A DNA stretch of 64,000 nt from Malacoraja senta (lineage: Eukaryota), in contig JAXLNO010000155.1 in NCBI GenBank assembly GCA_038087875.1, positions 1 through 64,000 of the forward strand, given 5' to 3'. Positions 59,633 through 64,000 of this stretch are shown here, in pieces. The position numbers were made by a program, and so were the translations under genes. Position 1 is the first letter of the stretch. Every line of letters begins with the position of its first letter. The notes under the pieces were generated by a model. The model was not told the origin of the DNA, made no database searches, and was given only the letters and a program-made list of their open reading frames with translations.

Positions 59633-60194
59633 CAGTGGCTTGCAAAAGTTTTCATACCCCTTGAACTTTTCCACATTTTGTCACATTACAACCACAAACG
59701 TAAATGTATTTTATTGGGATTTTATGTGATAGACCAACACAAAGTGGTGCATAATTGAAGTGGAAGGAAAATGATACATGGTTTTCAAATTTTTTTACAA
59801 ATAAAAAACTGAAAAGTGTGGCGTGCAAAAGTATTCAGCCCCCTTTACTCTGATACCCCTAAATAAAATCCAGTGCAACCAATTGCCTTCAGAAGTCACC
59901 TAATTAGTAAATAGAGTCCACTTGTGTGTAATCTAATCTCAGTATAAATACAGCTGTTCTGTGAAGGCCTCAGAGGTTTGTTAGAGAACATTAGTGAACA
60001 AACAGCATCATGAAGCCCAAGGAACACACCAGACAGGTCAGGGATAAAGTTGTGGAGAAGTTTAAAGCGGGGTTAGGTTATAAACAAATATCCCAAGCTT
60101 TGAACACATAAAATAAAATACATTTACGTTTGTGGTTGTAACGTGACAAAATGTGGAAATGTTCAAGGGGTATGAATACTTTTGCAAGCCACTG
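59633..60194 (+). mobile_element. Internally deleted Tc1-like transposon
   Basis: TA target duplication and ~85-bp TIRs starting cagtggcttgcaaaagt. Transposase start MKPKEHTRQVRDKVVEKFKAGLGYKQISQALN at 60010-60105. Confidence 0.92.
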
Positions 60195-62261
60195 TATATA
60201 CATTCAGGATAACAAATTCCTTGTCGTTGTGAGCAAAGTGTAAGGCAATGTACCAGTCAGCATCAAGCCGAACCACATTTATTGATGAGTCAAGCTTCTT
60301 GTTCCAAACGCAGGTCACGACAGTTGTACGATAGTACCCGAATGTTCATTTAGTGAGACTAGTGAGTGCCCCTAGCACCAGCAGGCACACTCATTTTCCC
60401 CGCGGCAGGCGCAGTGCTTGATCCGATGACTCCAACCCTGCGCGGCTTGTAATAGCGCCGGACAAATGCACCTTCTGGCCAGAGCTCCGGATTGTACATT
60501 TCGCCAACCTCATTACATTCCGCAGATACTTTAAATGAACAATAACTACTGTGTACAGTGTCAATCTTTTGACAGGTAAGCTCACGGCCAAGTTTTTCTT
60601 TAAGATACACAGATAAAGTTTTGGCGTCTAGATCCGATGAAAATTTGGAGGCAAAAACACTCACCAGCTTAGTCTTGATCATGTTGATGTTACCCGCAGC
60701 TCCGGTACCAATAATAGGCACAGCATTACTGGATTTCTTTCTCTGCCCGGTGGTAATAGTGCACAATTTTGGCTTACCAACAGTGTTCTCTGGACCATGA
60801 CGTTGACCCTTTTTCACAACATGACTCCACTTTTGAGAATCTTGCAACGTTAAACCACTGGGACTATTTCATTGCCTTTGCCCTTTCCACGTTTAAGGCA
60901 AGGCCCACTGCCACAGCCTTCTCTCCAACAACTAAGCCAGAGGCTCCTGCCAGTGCAGCTCCCAGTGCTGTGTCTGCCATGCCAATGGCTCCATCCATCC
61001 CCGCCGACGCATCCGGACCCCCGCCCCGAGTCAGGTCAGTGGTGCGCTCCAATGCACACACTGGAGTAGTGATCAAGGTGCGCTCCAATGCACCCACTCG
61101 CCGATCAATTTCCACTGTGATGGCACGAAAATCTTCGCTTACATCAGCCTGTAGCTGCATGACGTGCTTCATAGAACAGACCTCAGCGTACAGTTGCTCC
61201 ATTCTCCGAAGTAGGCTCGAGACATCCATGTTAGAAAATGTCACCGGCGGCAGTTCATTCAAGTAATGATAGACAAATCTGGGAGTAATCTCCCCACACT
61301 CATTCATTACTTTAAGGCAACTCTTTATGTTGTTAACGCCTTTCTGTGCCCCTTTATGGGAAACGTTCCGCTGTGTAGTGGGGCAGGGTTCAAACAGAAC
61401 TTTCTTCGAGGACTCTATCCACTCAGAATCAAAAGTGTTTGCAGCCAGAAGGACGATCTCATCCTGGCTTAAGGTCTTAATCTTTACAACAAGAAAGTTA
61501 AGTAACTCATCCTCAACAATAAACTTACCGTCAACAGTCTTGTAGATCTCAGGCTTTACTCTAGACCTGCCAAGACCAGTAGCAATGCCCGCCATCTTCG
61601 CCTGCCTGTGGCCGATGCACCAACTCCCCCGCTGCCTCTTGCCCGGCCCCAAGCTCCACCACCCGCTGCCTGCTGCCCGGCTCCACTGCTCCACACTCTG
61701 GGTCTCCGCTGTCCCCAGCTCCAAGCACCACTGCCCCCTGGCCCAGGTCGGGCCCGTCTCGGACCCCGGCTCCGGCTGCTCGCCGAGCGCAGAACTTGGC
61801 ACCCCTTCCACCGGGCCTGGACTGCGACTCTCTCCCGCACCACGCTGCCGTTAAGGACCAGGGTTTTCTTCCTGCAGCAACTTCCAGGCGACATTCGCCC
61901 GCTCCTCGTAGGGGTAAGTTCCTATCTTAAATATATTGAATAACAATCTACATTTTACAGTAGCTTTTTGTTTAATCATGAACACTGGAGATGATCCCTC
62001 ATATTGTACTATTTCATAACCTTTGATAAATTTTGACCTTGATTAAGTTTTTCTGGATCATAAATAGATCAATAGGTTTCACTTTAAAAAGGTTCTCAGA
62101 CCACAACAATTAAGCTTGAGCCATTTCACTGAAAAACATTAATATTGCTCTGTGCCATTTGTTGCAGAACATCCAACTCATTTGACTCAATGGCTCACTG
62201 TAAAATTGGACTAATTAAAAATTTAAAATTCTGAAATAACACCAACAAAAAACATGCACTT

Positions 62262-62560
62262 AAACCCCTGTCTCACTGTGCGAGCTGACCCACGAGGTAC
62301 CCCGAGTTTAAAACAAATTTAACTCGTGCTAATTACGTACAATCAACGTAGCGGGAACGTCGGAACTCGTGGACGCAACTTAGCGACTCTTGGTGCTAAC
62401 GGCAGGTACCCGTGAAACGTGTTAACTCTTGAAAAAGTTCAAACATGTTTAAACTTTTCCACGAGTAAAATGTACTCTTGTGGTTAAAAATTGAAACATT
62501 TAAACACGTTGTAAGAACGCAGTGGCCCGTGCGTTTACCTTAGTGACTCGTGAGACTACC
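62262..62560 (+). mobile_element. Terminal arm of a non-autonomous DNA transposon
   Basis: aacccctgtctcactgtgcgag.. is homologous to the reverse complement of 24690-24983. Confidence 0.55.
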
Positions 62561-62619
62561 GTGGGAACTCTTTAACTCAGCGGGCAGGCAGCATCTCTGG
62601 AGAGAAGGAATGGGTGATG

Positions 62620-63560
62620 GGATGACATTTCCATGTTGGGGGGAGTGGGGGGTTGGAGCAGGGAGGGGGGGGTGGAGGAGAGAGGGTGGAGAGTGGAGGG
62701 AGAGGAGGGGGAGACAGATGGGGGTGTCTTCATTCACTAGCGGCGGGTGCCGGTCACTGAAACAGGTAGGTGAGATTTCACATCCACCTTGTGTGTGTGT
62801 GTCTCTCTCTCCCTCCCTGCCTCTCACACAGGCTGAGAGACTCTGCCTCTGTGAGTGTACGTCTCTTTCCCCCCCTCTCCCACACACAATAAGACCGAGG
62901 TAAGTCCATCTGTGTAAGTCCATCTGTGTCTCCCACCTACACAGGAAACTCTGCTTTGTGTGTTTATACACATCTCTCCCCATTTCTCTCTTTCTCCCCC
63001 CCCACCTCTCTCTTCCCCCCCCCCCACCTCTCTCTTACTCCCCCCCCACCTCTCTCTTTCTCCCTCCACACACAATAAGACCGATGTATTCTGCTTTAGT
63101 CTCTCTTCCCTCCCACACACACAGATAGACCGAGGTCCTGTGCGCTCTTTCTCTCTCCCCCACAGTCACGCCGAAGTACACCACACTGCCTCTGTGTCTC
63201 TCTCTCTCTCTCTCCCCCTCTCTCCTTCATACACCGTCAGAGGTCCACACTGTCTCTGTGTCTCTCTCCCCTACACACACACACAGACTGAGGTACACAC
63301 TGCCCGTTGTGTGTGTGTGTCTGCCTCTGTCTCTCTCTCTCCCACACACACACAACGGGCAGTGTGTACCTCAGTCTGTGTGTGTGTGTGTGTAGGGGAG
63401 AGAGACACAGAGACAGTGTGTCTCTCTCCCCCACTGCCTGCGTGTGTGTGTGTGTCTCTCTCTCTGTCCCACCCCCCACACCCACACACACACACCCTAC
63501 ACCCACTCAGTCAGAGGAACTCCACACTGTGTGTGTGTGTGTGTGTGCGCCTCTGTCTCT
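62620..63560. repeat. Low-complexity (CA)/(CT)/(GT) region with loose higher-order unit and an inverted duplication
   Basis: Recurrent gacYgagg/gaggt.cacactg motifs between microsatellites; inverted arms at 63246-63420. Confidence 0.85.
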
Positions 63561-63864
63561 CCCTGTCACAGTCAGTGAGGTACTCCCCCCGCAGTCTCTC
63601 CGCGGCCTCTCCCCGGGCAGGGTGCATCTGCCTCCCTCAGCTCTGATATGGTAAATAATGGTAAGATTACCGCTGAAATGTTGTTAAAGGCAGCAAGTTT
63701 CACTGCACAAGTAAAGGGTCAGCTGTCTTCGCCAGAACTAATAAACAGTTATTTTGCAAGTTTAAGGGATTTAATAGTTAGTATCAGAACACAGTATTTT
63801 ACTATATGTCTCAAAATGAGAAAAAAAATCTTATAGGATATATTATTTTACAAAGACCAGGTCT

Positions 63865-64000
63865 CCCACCATTGACTCCATTTACACTCCACGCTGCCTC
63901 AAAACCTATATAATCAAAGACTTGTCCCATCCCGGTCATTTCTTCATCTCCTTGCTCCCGTCCGGCGGGCAGTACAGAAGTTTGAAAGCGCCAGCCTCGG
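63865..64000 (+). mobile_element. Rex1/Babar-type LINE 3' fragment
   Basis: IDSIYTPRCL..IIKDLSHPGH..LLPSGGQYRSLK resembles the other Rex/Babar C-termini in the window. Confidence 0.6.

Larger units (their letters stand above)
45860..61900 (-). mobile_element. Outer two-ORF LINE (clade undetermined; L2/CR1-supergroup- or RTEX-like) fragmented by nested insertions
   Basis: ORF1 ~61595-60359. ORF2 pieces at ~60300-60195, 59632-59135 (GDMNAD, WLDH, TDH), 56700-56393, 53045-53033, 51640-50548 (YRPIAL, DASKAFD, GVRQGG, YADD) and 46596-46065. (TTA)n tail at ~45860-45877. Confidence 0.85.

Noticed and set aside
62540..63654. Long His/Thr- or Cys/Val/Ser/Leu-rich ORFs
   Set aside because: They are translations of (CA)n, (GT)n and (CT)n microsatellites.

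Overview
This is eukaryotic (vertebrate) genomic DNA made almost entirely of transposable elements. The repeat repertoire (HE1/V-SINE-like SINE, CR1 LINEs with (TTTC/TATC)TATG tails, Penelope-derived short elements) points to a cartilaginous fish such as a skate, ray or shark; that is an inference. No host protein-coding gene could be identified with confidence. Main contents: (1) two full-length but decayed DIRS1-type tyrosine-recombinase retrotransposons (1724-6358 +; 11158-16016 -, inserted in a CR1), each with inverted termini, an internal complementary region, an ATT junction core and a short GT-AG intron-like segment before gag. (2) Penelope-like elements and short derivatives carrying minimal hammerhead-ribozyme motifs; one has a 12-unit tandem array built from its own 5' junction. 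(3) A hAT element with an 8-bp TSD. (4) A class I (gamma/epsilon-like) endogenous retrovirus (32564-44623 -) with a tRNA-Leu PBS, splice signals, internally deleted gag-pol and an env split by two L1-type insertions. Its Env has a CKS-17-like immunosuppressive domain but CX6C-M instead of CX6CC and no visible SU CXXC. It is fused back-to-back to the env-PPT-LTR end of a second provirus. (5) A 16-kb nested stack (45860-61900) in which one LINE is interrupted by CR1 x3, Rex/Babar, L2 and a Tc1 derivative, with all LINEs on the minus strand. One CR1 ORF2 is still intact. No rRNA, tRNA gene or CRISPR array is present.
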